Shown piece by piece: positions 17,035 through 26,342 of a DNA stretch of 64,000 bases (the stretch's first letter is position 1; the number at the start of each line of letters is the position of its first letter). The notes under the pieces were generated by a model. The model worked only from the letters and a program-made list of their open reading frames with translations. It did no database searches and had not been told where the DNA came from. A program made the position numbers and the translations under genes. Origin of the DNA: Bacillota bacterium (GTDB taxonomy: Bacteria; Bacillota; Clostridia; Peptostreptococcales; Anaerovoracaceae); contig JAEDDI010000002.1 in NCBI GenBank assembly GCA_016293805.1, positions 18,653 to 82,652 on the forward strand, given 5' to 3'.

Positions 17035-19161
17035 CTATGCATTGATCATTCTTATATATTCCTCTATTGTGACAGGCTTTGAATAGTAGTAGCCCTGCAC
17101 TTCATCACAGCACTGTTCAATATAAAAATCAAGCTGCTGCTTTGTTTCGATACCTTCAGCCACTACCTTCATGCCGAGTTCCCTAGCAAGTTCTATTGTG
17201 TGGCGGATTATCAGTTCTCCGCCTTTTTCTCCTATGAAGTCTGTCAGACTTTTGTCTATCTTTATTGAATCGAACGGAAGGATATTAAGGCTGGTGAGAG
17301 ATGAATATCCCGAACCGAAATCATCCATGACCAGCGTGAACCCTGCTTCCTTGAGTTTTTTCGTAATCGCTTCAATTGCTCTTGAAAGCAGCGCTGCATT
17401 TTCTGTTATCTCAAGTGGCACAAGGTCCTTTGAAATTCCTGTCTCATCCGCAATCCGGCAGTATGCATCTATTTCCGCCCCATTATAAATGGTGTTCCTT
17501 GAGACATTGATGGAAACAGGGAGCACTTTCTTTCCTTCTTCAATAGATTTTTTCTGCATATGACAAACTGCCCTGAATATGTATTCATCAAGGCGGGAGA
17601 TAAGTCCGTCTCTTTCAAAAAGGTCTATGAATTCATCAGGCGGTATACATTCTCCGCTGCCGGTCTGCCATCTTACAAGTGCCTCTGCGCCGGTAATAAT
17701 TCCGGTGCCGCAGTCGTATTTCGGCTGAAGCATTACACTGAATTCGCCTTTTTCGATAGCGTCCTCAAATCTTGCCTCCATGGTCTCCTCTCTCATCCTC
17801 TTATGCTGAAGAGGCCCGTCAAAATACGCCACATTACGGCTGAAATTGTGCTTTATCGCATTAAGCGTGCTTAACGCCCTGTCACAGATACGGGAAACAG
17901 GGATGTTTCTGTCCACATGAGTATAGACACCAACCTTGAATACAAGTCTTGGAACCGGTGCGTTCTCTTTAAGCATATCAATCCACGCATTAATCTCCTC
18001 AGCATCACTGCATTTTGAGGAAGGCGCCATGCACACAAACTGGTCTCCTCCGTATCTTGCCATAATTGTACTGTTCGATTTGTCGCTGCTTGTGAGTTTT
18101 TCGGAAAGCGTTCTTGCAATATATTTTATAACACTGTCACCTGTACTTTCTCCGTACACGCTGTTTACCAGCTTGAAATTCTCCACATCCAGGATATACA
18201 GATTGAACCTGATATCTTTTCTGTCTCTGAGAAGCTGTTCTGCATAATGGTAGAATGCCTGCCTTGTATATACTCCTGTAAGTTCGTCGTATTCAATCGC
18301 TCTGAGTGTGACATCTGCCTCGCGCAGTTTAATCATGCTCTTGACACGGCTTAGTACCACATCCGGATAGTAAGGTTTTGACAGAAATTCAACGGCACCA
18401 AGTTCAGTGCATCTTTTCTCGGTGCTGTTGTCGTAACCGGCTGTCAGCACTATCACAGGAACGGACGACAGCATTATGTTCTTAGAGACCTTCTCGAGAA
18501 AACCGAAGCCGTCCAGGACAGGCATCATAAGATCAAGCAGGACTGCTGAAATGTCTCTGTAGTTTTCCTGAAGAATCCGATATCCCTCTTCACCGTTTTC
18601 TGCTTCAAGCACGTTGTATTCTGTACTGAGTATCTCTTCCAGTATTTCTCTGTTCAGTTTATTATCCTCAACGACTATAACATTTCTCTTGCCGTTCCCT
18701 GAGTGCAATGTCGGTGCAGGTCCGATATTCTCAGTTCTGACAGTATCTTCTTCTGCAGCAAATGCAATAATTATATTTCTGAATTCGTCATCCCTTGCCA
18801 CCATCATATAATAGTAGCGGGCTCCATCATCTCTGGATATCCTGTACCGGATTCTGAAGCGGTCAACATTCTTCAGCCTTGCCACGAAACTTTCAACAGT
18901 ACAAATATGTCTCATCATATCCCTGTCCTCGGGAAAAACATTGTTTGAAATATATGCCTCGAATCCTCTTGCAAGGGCCTTGCCGGGACTGCTTTCCTCA
19001 AGTGCCTCTGCAACTCCTATCGCAAGCCCGGTGGCTCTTAATGTAGTCACTTCGCCCGTTTCGATATTGTATGCGTAAACATCGTTGTATTCCTTTGTCA
19101 GTATGCCAATAGCATTAATAAGTTCCCGGGTCTTGTCTCCAGTGCTGTTTTTGTTCATCAT
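17035..19161 (-). CDS. response-regulator receiver / degenerate GGDEF (GGDQF) / EAL phosphodiesterase
   Basis: REC segment (VIVVEDN...LLDLMMPVLDG...KP). GGDEF-like domain with RYGGDQF. EAL domain with EALVRW, EITE, DDFGSGYSS, KIDKS, EGIE and QGYYYSKP. Start refined to ATG 19161 (MMNKNST...), preceded by TAGGGGA. The upstream terminator at 19249..19273 argues against the longer track ORF. Confidence 0.85.
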   Translation of the reverse strand: MMNKNSTGDKTRELINAIGILTKEYNDVYAYNIETGEVTTLRATGLAIGVAEALEESSPGKALARGFEAYISNNVFPEDRDMMRHICTVESFVARLKNVDRFRIRYRISRDDGARYYYMMVARDDEFRNIIIAFAAEEDTVRTENIGPAPTLHSGNGKRNVIVVEDNKLNREILEEILSTEYNVLEAENGEEGYRILQENYRDISAVLLDLMMPVLDGFGFLEKVSKNIMLSSVPVIVLTAGYDNSTEKRCTELGAVEFLSKPYYPDVVLSRVKSMIKLREADVTLRAIEYDELTGVYTRQAFYHYAEQLLRDRKDIRFNLYILDVENFKLVNSVYGESTGDSVIKYIARTLSEKLTSSDKSNSTIMARYGGDQFVCMAPSSKCSDAEEINAWIDMLKENAPVPRLVFKVGVYTHVDRNIPVSRICDRALSTLNAIKHNFSRNVAYFDGPLQHKRMREETMEARFEDAIEKGEFSVMLQPKYDCGTGIITGAEALVRWQTGSGECIPPDEFIDLFERDGLISRLDEYIFRAVCHMQKKSIEEGKKVLPVSINVSRNTIYNGAEIDAYCRIADETGISKDLVPLEITENAALLSRAIEAITKKLKEAGFTLVMDDFGSGYSSLTSLNILPFDSIKIDKSLTDFIGEKGGELIIRHTIELARELGMKVVAEGIETKQQLDFYIEQCCDEVQGYYYSKPVTIEEYIRMINA

Positions 19162-19248
19162 ATATGGTCCCCTAATATTGTTCATCTTTAAGAAACAGTA
19201 TATCACAAGCAGGTACGTTCTCAATATGTACCTGCTGCTCAGACACAC

Positions 19249-19273
19249 AAAAAGAACTGCCCTGTGACAGTTC
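19249..19273 (-). terminator. rho-independent terminator after the 84-aa ORF
   Basis: Stem GAACTG / CAGTTC (19254..19273), followed by TTTTT on the minus strand. Confidence 0.55.
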
Positions 19274-19286
19274 CTCTCAGTTTCAA

Positions 19287-19541
19287 TTAATAGTGATCGC
19301 CGTAAGCATCGACTATAAGGAGTTCAAATCTTGATTCATCCACTCCTGCACGTTTGAAGATGAGGCGAATCATGTCCATACCGCATTCCTCCTGCTCGCA
19401 CAGATGACGAATAAGTGCATATAATCTGTCCTTGTCTGAAGCTTCAGGATCGTCCTTGAATTCTCCCGGCAGGTTGTCTATTCCTTTATAAAAGCCAACT
19501 AATCCGTCGAAAATCTCTTTGTGTGACATTACCATGATCAA
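19287..19541 (-). CDS. hypothetical acidic 84-aa protein
   Basis: The only long ORF in this interval and it has its own terminator. No motif I recognise. Confidence 0.4.
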   Translation of the reverse strand: MIMVMSHKEIFDGLVGFYKGIDNLPGEFKDDPEASDKDRLYALIRHLCEQEECGMDMIRLIFKRAGVDESRFELLIVDAYGDHY

Positions 19542-19660
19542 CTATCCTCCCGCTTTCTAAAAATTGCTATACACTTATTATACTCATTAAATCAGCAGTG
19601 TACAATAATTCTTTTTCCTTCTGCAACACATAATCTTCAAATTGAAGTTATATAATACCT

Positions 19661-21034
19661 GTGATAATCAAGGAAAGAAGGAATAATTTGAACAAGGATT
19701 TAACAGTCGGCAACCCGGCTAAGGTGCTCTGGAAATTCTGCCTGCCTCTTTTTGCAAGCATTGTTTTTCAGCAGCTTTATAATATTGCGGACAGTCTTGT
19801 TGCAGGCAAGTTTATAGGTGAAAATGCTCTGGCTGCAGTGGGTAACAGTTATGAGATAACCCTTGTATTTCTGGCATTCGCTTTCGGATGCAATATGGGC
19901 TGCAATGTGGTTTCAGCCCGGCTTTTCGGAGCCGGAGATTACAGAAATCTCAAGACTGCCGTATCAACTTCATGTATTTTCACAGCATTTGTCTGCATTG
20001 CACTTATGCTGGCGGGCCTGCTTCTGTGTGAAGCTCTCCTGACTCTCATACATACTCCATCTGAACTTATGAGTGATTCAGAACTTTATCTCAGGATTTA
20101 CATATGGGGACTTCCATTTGTTTTCTTTTACAACCTGTCTACAGGAATATTCTCAGCGCTGGGTGATTCGAAAACTCCGTTTTACTTCCTGGCAGCCTCA
20201 TCGAGTGCAAATATACTGTGTGATATTGTATTTGTCACCGTTTTTGATATGGGTATTGCAGGGGTTGCATGGGCAACTTTCATCTGTCAGGGCGTAAGCT
20301 GTATTCTTGCGGTGTTTGTAGTATCAAAGAGAATAAAATCCATAGAGGCAGGGATTAAAGCTCCGTATTTTAACAGAAATCTTCTGATTCAGATAATACA
20401 TATTGCAGTACCAAGCACTCTGCAGCAGAGTTTCATTTCAGTCGGAAACATAATTATACAGGGACAGATAAACAGCTTCGGCGCATCAGTCATGGCAGGA
20501 TATTCAGCAGGTGTAAAGCTCAACAATCTGCTCATAACCGCACTTACCACACTGGCAAACGGAATATCAAGTTTTGCAGCTCAGAATATGGGTGCAAAAA
20601 AGCCTGAAAGAATTAAAGAAGGAATCAGAGCCGGGATAAAAATGGTCTGGATTCTGAGCATTCCTGTTGCTCTTCTGTATTTCTTCGGAGGAAAATTCGT
20701 TCTTCTTCTTTTCCTCAACACAACATCAGAGGAGGCTATTGATACAGGGCTTACATATCTCAGAATACTTTCTCCGTTCTACATATTCGTATCCGCTAAG
20801 CTTGTTGCTGACGGAATACTCAGAGGCATGGAAAGAATGAAGCAGTTCATGGCATCAACCTTTACCGACCTTCTTCTGAGAGTAATCCTTGCATCTGTTC
20901 TTTCAAAAACAGTTCTGGGAGCGACAGGGATTTGGTGTGCGTGGCCGGTCGGATGGCTCATCGCAACCTGCATTTCATTCTTCTTCCTGAAAAGAATCAG
21001 TCTTAACGGCAAAACTAAAACAGACCTTAACTAA
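19661..21034 (+). CDS. MATE-family efflux transporter
   Basis: 457 aa, 12 TM, with the typical MATE N-terminus (NKDLTVGNPAKVLWKFCLP). The real start may be the in-frame TTG at 19688, preceded by GAAGGA. Confidence 0.9.
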   Translation: MIIKERRNNLNKDLTVGNPAKVLWKFCLPLFASIVFQQLYNIADSLVAGKFIGENALAAVGNSYEITLVFLAFAFGCNMGCNVVSARLFGAGDYRNLKTAVSTSCIFTAFVCIALMLAGLLLCEALLTLIHTPSELMSDSELYLRIYIWGLPFVFFYNLSTGIFSALGDSKTPFYFLAASSSANILCDIVFVTVFDMGIAGVAWATFICQGVSCILAVFVVSKRIKSIEAGIKAPYFNRNLLIQIIHIAVPSTLQQSFISVGNIIIQGQINSFGASVMAGYSAGVKLNNLLITALTTLANGISSFAAQNMGAKKPERIKEGIRAGIKMVWILSIPVALLYFFGGKFVLLLFLNTTSEEAIDTGLTYLRILSPFYIFVSAKLVADGILRGMERMKQFMASTFTDLLLRVILASVLSKTVLGATGIWCAWPVGWLIATCISFFFLKRISLNGKTKTDLN

Positions 21035-21609
21035 ACGGTCTGTTTTCTTGTTACTGCCAGTATTTCAGGTGCACCATCGCTCTGATTCACCATCTTTATA
21101 TGCGCGGCATGGTATATACTCTTATCGAGACTGCATGCCCATGATAATACCGCGTCTCTTTCTTTTTTTCCCTCTTCATGGCCCGGATACATTGTCACGG
21201 CAATTATCCCGTCTTTTTTTATCATTCCGGCTGCAAGCTCAAGTGCTTTAAGCGTGGTTTTTGTCATTGTCGTCACCGTTTTATCTTCACCGCCCGGAAG
21301 ATACCCCAGGTTGAATACAACAGCCGACACTTTCTCATCGACAAATCTGTCCATGAGCTCATGCCCATGATATATCAGCTCTATCTCAGCAGGAGCATTT
21401 TCTCTCTCAAGCATGCTCATAGCTCCCATAACGGCAAGCGGCTGAATCTCAAATCCGTAAACTTTGCCTGTTTCTCCAACCATACGGGCAAGAGCAAGGG
21501 TATCGTATCCATTCCCGCACGTGGCATCTATGACATGATCTCCTTCTTTAACATATTCACTTACAATATGCATGGTAAACCCTGCCGTATTCTGTATCAG
21601 ATTCATCAT
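21031..21609 (-). CDS. class I SAM-dependent methyltransferase (YtqB/MnmM-like)
   Basis: 192 aa. SAM motif VIDATCGNGYDT and the FNLGYLPGGD motif characteristic of the YtqB-type family. Confidence 0.7.
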   Translation of the reverse strand: MMNLIQNTAGFTMHIVSEYVKEGDHVIDATCGNGYDTLALARMVGETGKVYGFEIQPLAVMGAMSMLERENAPAEIELIYHGHELMDRFVDEKVSAVVFNLGYLPGGEDKTVTTMTKTTLKALELAAGMIKKDGIIAVTMYPGHEEGKKERDAVLSWACSLDKSIYHAAHIKMVNQSDGAPEILAVTRKQTV

Positions 21610-22253
21610 TTATCACCGAACCTGTCCCTGAAGTATCCGTTAGCTCCGTAAATTGCTGCACACGGATTATTGCCTGTCACTCTGTCCTTTGCAACAAGTG
21701 TAGTGCAGAATGCATCGGAATATCTTGAGAAATACTTGTAAAACAGTGAGTCATGTCCGACACATAATCCTATTACTACTGCAAATTCAACGCCGCATGA
21801 TGCAAGAAATGCCGCCTGTCCTATAGGATTGCATGCAGGCTCAAATCCTTTTTCAATCTTGTCTTCCTCATCGATTCCAAATTCACATTTGTCATTTCCT
21901 CCGGCCTTGCACTTCACAGACACAACTTCAAAGCCTCTTTCACGAAACAGTCTCATCACTGTATTCGCCTCGTGGAGAAGTCCTGCACAGAATGCTATAC
22001 CTATTCTCCTGTACCCCATTCTTCTGCAGAGTTCTATCGTCTCTCTCACTCTGTTCCAGTTTCCGTATCCTTCGCTTTCGACTTTTGCCGCATTTATGAA
22101 AAACTCTCTGTTTTCGTCTTCTGAATATTCATCTTTGATCTTTAACGAAAGTCCGGTATCATTCATGGGACAGATATCCGGATTGTCTTTTCCCTGATTC
22201 TCGCATGCAAATGCCCCGCATGAAGCACAGCTGTATATCCTGTTCGTATCCAT
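21606..22253 (-). CDS. Cys-rich metal-binding protein (DUF1847-like)
   Basis: 215 aa. N-terminal CASCGAFAC...CP cluster plus further conserved Cys. A 4-nt overlap couples it to the downstream methyltransferase. Family assignment is from memory. Confidence 0.5.
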   Translation of the reverse strand: MDTNRIYSCASCGAFACENQGKDNPDICPMNDTGLSLKIKDEYSEDENREFFINAAKVESEGYGNWNRVRETIELCRRMGYRRIGIAFCAGLLHEANTVMRLFRERGFEVVSVKCKAGGNDKCEFGIDEEDKIEKGFEPACNPIGQAAFLASCGVEFAVVIGLCVGHDSLFYKYFSRYSDAFCTTLVAKDRVTGNNPCAAIYGANGYFRDRFGDK

Positions 22254-22263
22254 TTATGTCACC

Positions 22264-22680
22264 TCATATCTGATTCATAATAAAGCCTGCCGCAAGAAGA
22301 ATAAATCCGCCAAGCATCATTACAGAATAGTACTTCTTGGGGTCCTTCCCCTCTACAGATGCCTCAACAACGTCTTTCATGTTGTCGGGATTGCACTTGA
22401 GCATAATCTCATCACCTTTCCTGTAGACCTCAACAGTATATCTTGCAGTGCTGTAAGGCTTTCCGTCTATTTCGTATGTAAAGTATGTGAGGTGGTTGAT
22501 TCCCTCCCGGACATTGCCCTCTTCATCCTGCATAACTATGGGCTTTTCGATACTTCCTGTAACGGTGCCCTTTACTTCAACAGTATGTCTGTATTCATAG
22601 TCTCTCTTCATAAAATACAGCACCATTCCTGCGAATGCTGTAAGAAGACCTGCCGCCATAAGTATTAAATCTGCTGTCAT
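22264..22680 (-). CDS. two-TM membrane protein (DUF3592-like)
   Basis: 138 aa arranged as TM, beta-rich middle, TM. Confidence 0.4.
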   Translation of the reverse strand: MTADLILMAAGLLTAFAGMVLYFMKRDYEYRHTVEVKGTVTGSIEKPIVMQDEEGNVREGINHLTYFTYEIDGKPYSTARYTVEVYRKGDEIMLKCNPDNMKDVVEASVEGKDPKKYYSVMMLGGFILLAAGFIMNQI

Positions 22681-22690
22681 ATGCCGCCCT

Positions 22691-23281
22691 CTATATTTCT
22701 ATGCTGATCTGCTGAAACTTCGGTTCATCCTTCGGTTCCTCTGAAGAAAGAGCTTCTTCTATATCCTCAATTTCAGGCAGTTCTCTGATACTTGAAAGAC
22801 CGAAGTACCTGAGAAACTCATCGGTAGTTCCGTAAAGAATCGGTCTTCCGATGGCATTCGATCTTCCTCTGTCCTCCACAAGACCTTTTGCTATAAGGCC
22901 CTCCATAACCCTGTCACATCTGATTCCTCTGATTGACTCTATTTCAACCTTGGTTACTGGCTGTCTGTATGCGATTATGGCCAGGACTTCAAGGGCAGAC
23001 TGACTGAGTCTTTTTACCTTGACAGGTGTACACAGCCTCGCGATATAGTCGGAGTTGTCAATGTCTGTTACAAACTGAAAACTTCCGTTTATCTCTCTTA
23101 TCCTTATTCCCCTCTGCTCCTGTTCATATTCTTCCTGAAGCTTTCTGAATGCAGCCAGGACATCTTCCTTTGAAGCACATACAGCTTCAGCGGCAATTTT
23201 TGCATCAAGCGGCTCTCCCCATGTGAACATGAGAGATTCCAGTGCAGACTTTATAGTTTTTTCAGTTGTCATATTTCTCAA
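22691..23281 (-). CDS. scpB: segregation and condensation protein B
   Basis: 196 aa. ALESLMFTWGEPL and EVLAIIAYRQPVTKVEIESIRG motifs. Located downstream of scpA. The start may be the ATG at 23272. Confidence 0.9.
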   Translation of the reverse strand: MRNMTTEKTIKSALESLMFTWGEPLDAKIAAEAVCASKEDVLAAFRKLQEEYEQEQRGIRIREINGSFQFVTDIDNSDYIARLCTPVKVKRLSQSALEVLAIIAYRQPVTKVEIESIRGIRCDRVMEGLIAKGLVEDRGRSNAIGRPILYGTTDEFLRYFGLSSIRELPEIEDIEEALSSEEPKDEPKFQQISIEI

Positions 23282-24014
23282 AATCCTCCATTGCCTTTAC
23301 TGTAATATCACCGTATGTAACCTTCTGTGCCGCATCAAGCTGCCTTGCTTTCATCATCTCAAGAACGGATGTAAAGGAAAGAACCACGTCATACTTGTCC
23401 TTCGCATTCACCACAAGATCCGAAAACGGCACCCTGCGCGTCTTCTTCATTCGGAAAACACTGCGGATATATACCATTCTGTTCTCTGAAGACTCTCTAT
23501 CTCTTTTTACTCTTACATATCTTTTTTTAACTTCTTCAACCTTCTGTTTTCTGTGAAGAAACCCCTTAAATGCCCTGATGAACTGTTCGATATCAAGATT
23601 AAGATATTCGTCCGGCTGATTCTGGTATTCGGAAATGTCCTCCTGAGGTTTTTCGAACACACGAACAGCTTCGCTTTCTCTCTCTTCAAGTATCCTTGCG
23701 ACCTCCTTGAATTTTCTGTATTCCAGAATCTTTTCGACCAGAACTGCCCTTGGATCTTCTTCAACTATGCCTTCTCCGATATCTGTATTTCTCGGAAGCA
23801 GCATCCGTGTCTTTATCTCTATCAGCTGGGCAGCCAGAACCATAAACTCGCTTCCCACGACAACATCCATTTTCTTCATTTCCTCAAGATATGCAATATA
23901 CTGGCCTGTTATCTCGCTTATCTTAATATCATAGATGTCCATTCTGGCATTCTCTATAAGATACACCAGAAGGTCAAACGGACCTTCAAAAGTCCCGAGT
24001 TTTATCTTATACAT
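23262..24014 (-). CDS. scpA: segregation and condensation protein A
   Basis: 250 aa. FEGPFDLLVYLI N-terminal signature. Confidence 0.9.
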   Translation of the reverse strand: MYKIKLGTFEGPFDLLVYLIENARMDIYDIKISEITGQYIAYLEEMKKMDVVVGSEFMVLAAQLIEIKTRMLLPRNTDIGEGIVEEDPRAVLVEKILEYRKFKEVARILEERESEAVRVFEKPQEDISEYQNQPDEYLNLDIEQFIRAFKGFLHRKQKVEEVKKRYVRVKRDRESSENRMVYIRSVFRMKKTRRVPFSDLVVNAKDKYDVVLSFTSVLEMMKARQLDAAQKVTYGDITVKAMEDFEKYDN

Positions 24015-25048
24015 CAGTTTTCCTCTTCAAACAGTTTCTTAAGGTTTACATCATAAGGCGGATAAACAATGCCTTTCTCTGTTACAACCGCCGTTATATA
24101 TTTATGGTCTGTCACATCAAATGCCGGGTTATATGTCTTGACGCCTTCCGGCACCATGGGTTTTTCGTACCACATAGACCGTATCTCCTCCGGATCCCTT
24201 TCTTCTATAACTATAGAATCTCCATCCGGCGTATCAAGATCAATTGTTGATGTGGGAACAAAGAAGTATACTGGAATTCCGTATTCCCTGGCAATAATTG
24301 CAACTCCCGATGTTCCTATCTTGTTCGCACCGTCACCGTTTGCGGCCATTCTGTCACAGCCTACAACAACAGCATCTATTTTGCCCTGCTTCATAACAAT
24401 GGAAGCCATGTTGTCACAGATGGCTGTCACATCCACTCCATCCTGCGCCAGTTCCCAGCATGTCATTCGTGCACCCTGAAGAAGCGGCCTTGTTTCATCC
24501 GAATACACTCTGAATCCGTATCCTCTCTCCTGTCCCAGGTGTACCGGCGCAAGACATGTTCCGTATTTTGTTGCGGCAAGCGCTCCCGCATTGCAGTGGG
24601 TAAGAATTCCCATGCCCGGTTTAAGAAGTTCAAGTCCATATTCTCCCATTGCTCTGCATGCAGCCGCATCTTCATCATATATCCTGTCGGCCTCTCTTAA
24701 AAGCTCTTTTCTTATCTCGCAGAGAGGAAGATTCTTCACCTCTTCGTATCTTCTTTCCATCCTGTCAAGCGCCCAGAACAGATTGACTGCTGTAGGTCTT
24801 GCTGAAGCAAGGTATTCTCTGGTTTCTCTGAACACTCTGTCGAAATCCTCTTCAACATTACGTGTCGAAACATAAAGACCGTATGCTGCACATACACCGA
24901 TTGCCGGAGCTCCTCTTACCTTCAGTTTTTTGATTGCATCAAAGACATCCTCCCTGGTCTCAAGAGTCAGATAGACTTCCTCTGCAGGAAGTTTCTGACA
25001 GTCCAGAATACTGAGTTTGTCATCTATATATTCAACAGTGTAAAACAT
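24014..25048 (-). CDS. mtnA: S-methyl-5-thioribose-1-phosphate isomerase
   Basis: 344 aa. eIF-2B/MtnA family motifs (VRGAPAIG, THCNAG, VVGCDRMAANGD). Confidence 0.85.
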   Translation of the reverse strand: MFYTVEYIDDKLSILDCQKLPAEEVYLTLETREDVFDAIKKLKVRGAPAIGVCAAYGLYVSTRNVEEDFDRVFRETREYLASARPTAVNLFWALDRMERRYEEVKNLPLCEIRKELLREADRIYDEDAAACRAMGEYGLELLKPGMGILTHCNAGALAATKYGTCLAPVHLGQERGYGFRVYSDETRPLLQGARMTCWELAQDGVDVTAICDNMASIVMKQGKIDAVVVGCDRMAANGDGANKIGTSGVAIIAREYGIPVYFFVPTSTIDLDTPDGDSIVIEERDPEEIRSMWYEKPMVPEGVKTYNPAFDVTDHKYITAVVTEKGIVYPPYDVNLKKLFEEEN

Positions 25049-25091
25049 AATGCCTCCTTAACCCTTTCAGTATATCACAACAGGATATATC

Positions 25092-26027
25092 TCAAAAGGC
25101 AGTAATACAGAAATATGCAAGATAAACAATCATCATGACAATTCCTCCCATACGCCTCAGCTGTCTTTCTCTGTTGAGCACAAAAATACACAGCAGTATT
25201 GCAGACCCGATGCAGAATATGCTGTCAACCAGAAATACGCTGCTGTATTCTAAAGGAGTAATTACGGATGTTGCTCCAATCACAAACAGAATGTTGAAAA
25301 TATTGCTTCCCACAATGTTCCCCATGGCCATATCTGTATTGTCTGCAGCGGCTGCGGCAATACATGTGGCAAGTTCCGGAAGAGATGTGCCAAGAGCTAT
25401 GACTGTAAGTCCGATAACCCGGCTGCTTACACCGAATTCCAATGCAATTCCTGCTGCCGCGTCAACTGCAGCGCAGCTTCCGAAAACAGTCATGGAAAGT
25501 CCGAGAACCAGAAAAACTATCAGTCCCGGAACTGATTTTTCTTCATATGAGCTATATGATTTCTCCTGTTCATATTCTCTTTTGTTTACTGATACAAGAT
25601 ATACAAGATATATGAGAAATAATGCAAGAAGAATCGCACCGTCTCCCCGGCCAAGCATACTGTCTCCAAGTCCGAGTAATACCATAATACCAGAAACTGC
25701 TGCCATCAGCGGCATTTCGACTCTTGCCGTCGATTTCTGAATATCCAGAGGCACCAGCATGGCGGTTATTCCAAGAATAAAGAGAACATTCAGTATGTTG
25801 CTGCCGATTACGGTGCCGACTGCAAGCCCGGCATCCCCCTTGACTGCAGAAGATATGCTTACTGCAGCCTCCGGAATACTGGTACCTATTGCAACAATTG
25901 TAAGACCTGTAACAAGCTGTGAGATTCCTGCCTTTGATGCGATGGCTGACGCGCTGCCTGTGAACCAGTCCGCCCCCTTTATTAACAGGGCAAACCCAAT
26001 GACGAGTAATAGACCATGTAATATCAT
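25092..26027 (-). CDS. Ca2+/Na+ antiporter (CaCA/YrbG family)
   Basis: 311 aa. Duplicated alpha-repeats GTSIPE and GTSLPE, with GSNIxN. Confidence 0.85.
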   Translation of the reverse strand: MILHGLLLVIGFALLIKGADWFTGSASAIASKAGISQLVTGLTIVAIGTSIPEAAVSISSAVKGDAGLAVGTVIGSNILNVLFILGITAMLVPLDIQKSTARVEMPLMAAVSGIMVLLGLGDSMLGRGDGAILLALFLIYLVYLVSVNKREYEQEKSYSSYEEKSVPGLIVFLVLGLSMTVFGSCAAVDAAAGIALEFGVSSRVIGLTVIALGTSLPELATCIAAAAADNTDMAMGNIVGSNIFNILFVIGATSVITPLEYSSVFLVDSIFCIGSAILLCIFVLNRERQLRRMGGIVMMIVYLAYFCITAF

Positions 26028-26133
26028 TCAGACCCCTTTCCCCATTACATATTTATATTATACACCAGTTTTCACATTAATATCCAGCACGAAGTCAGAA
26101 AACAGTATATTCCGCAAGACCCTAATATTATAC

Positions 26134-26163
26134 TTGATAATCCTGCAGCAGCCGTGATATACT
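26134..26163 (+). promoter_or_regulatory. candidate promoter for the riboswitch-controlled gene (TTGATA-N18-TATACT)
   Basis: TTGATA at 26134..26139 and TATACT at 26158..26163, just upstream of the riboswitch. Confidence 0.45.
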
Positions 26164-26175
26164 TTCTTCGGAATG

Positions 26176-26320
26176 AAGAATACGGGAGAGAGCACACCGT
26201 GCCGCCGAAGGAATAACACTCTCAGGCAAAAGTACCGTATTCCGACCAACTCTGGAGAGCATAGCACCGACGAATTAATTATTTCAGGTACCAGGACAGA
26301 GCTTCGTCTCTGTTTTTTTG
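26176..26320 (+). promoter_or_regulatory. tandem glycine riboswitch with intrinsic terminator
   Basis: Aptamer 1: GAAUACGG-GAGAG...GCCGCCGAAGGAAUAA...CUCUCAGGCAAAAGUACCGUAUUC, with P1 at 26178..26185 / 26235..26242. Aptamer 2: CUCUGGAGAG (26250..)...CACCGACGAA...UUUCAGGUACCAGGACAGAG (..26301). Terminator: ACAGAG-CUUCGU-CUCUGU plus U7 (26296..26319), which shares the P1 3' strand. Confidence 0.85.
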
Positions 26321-26342
26321 TTTTTTGTATGGAGGTACACTG

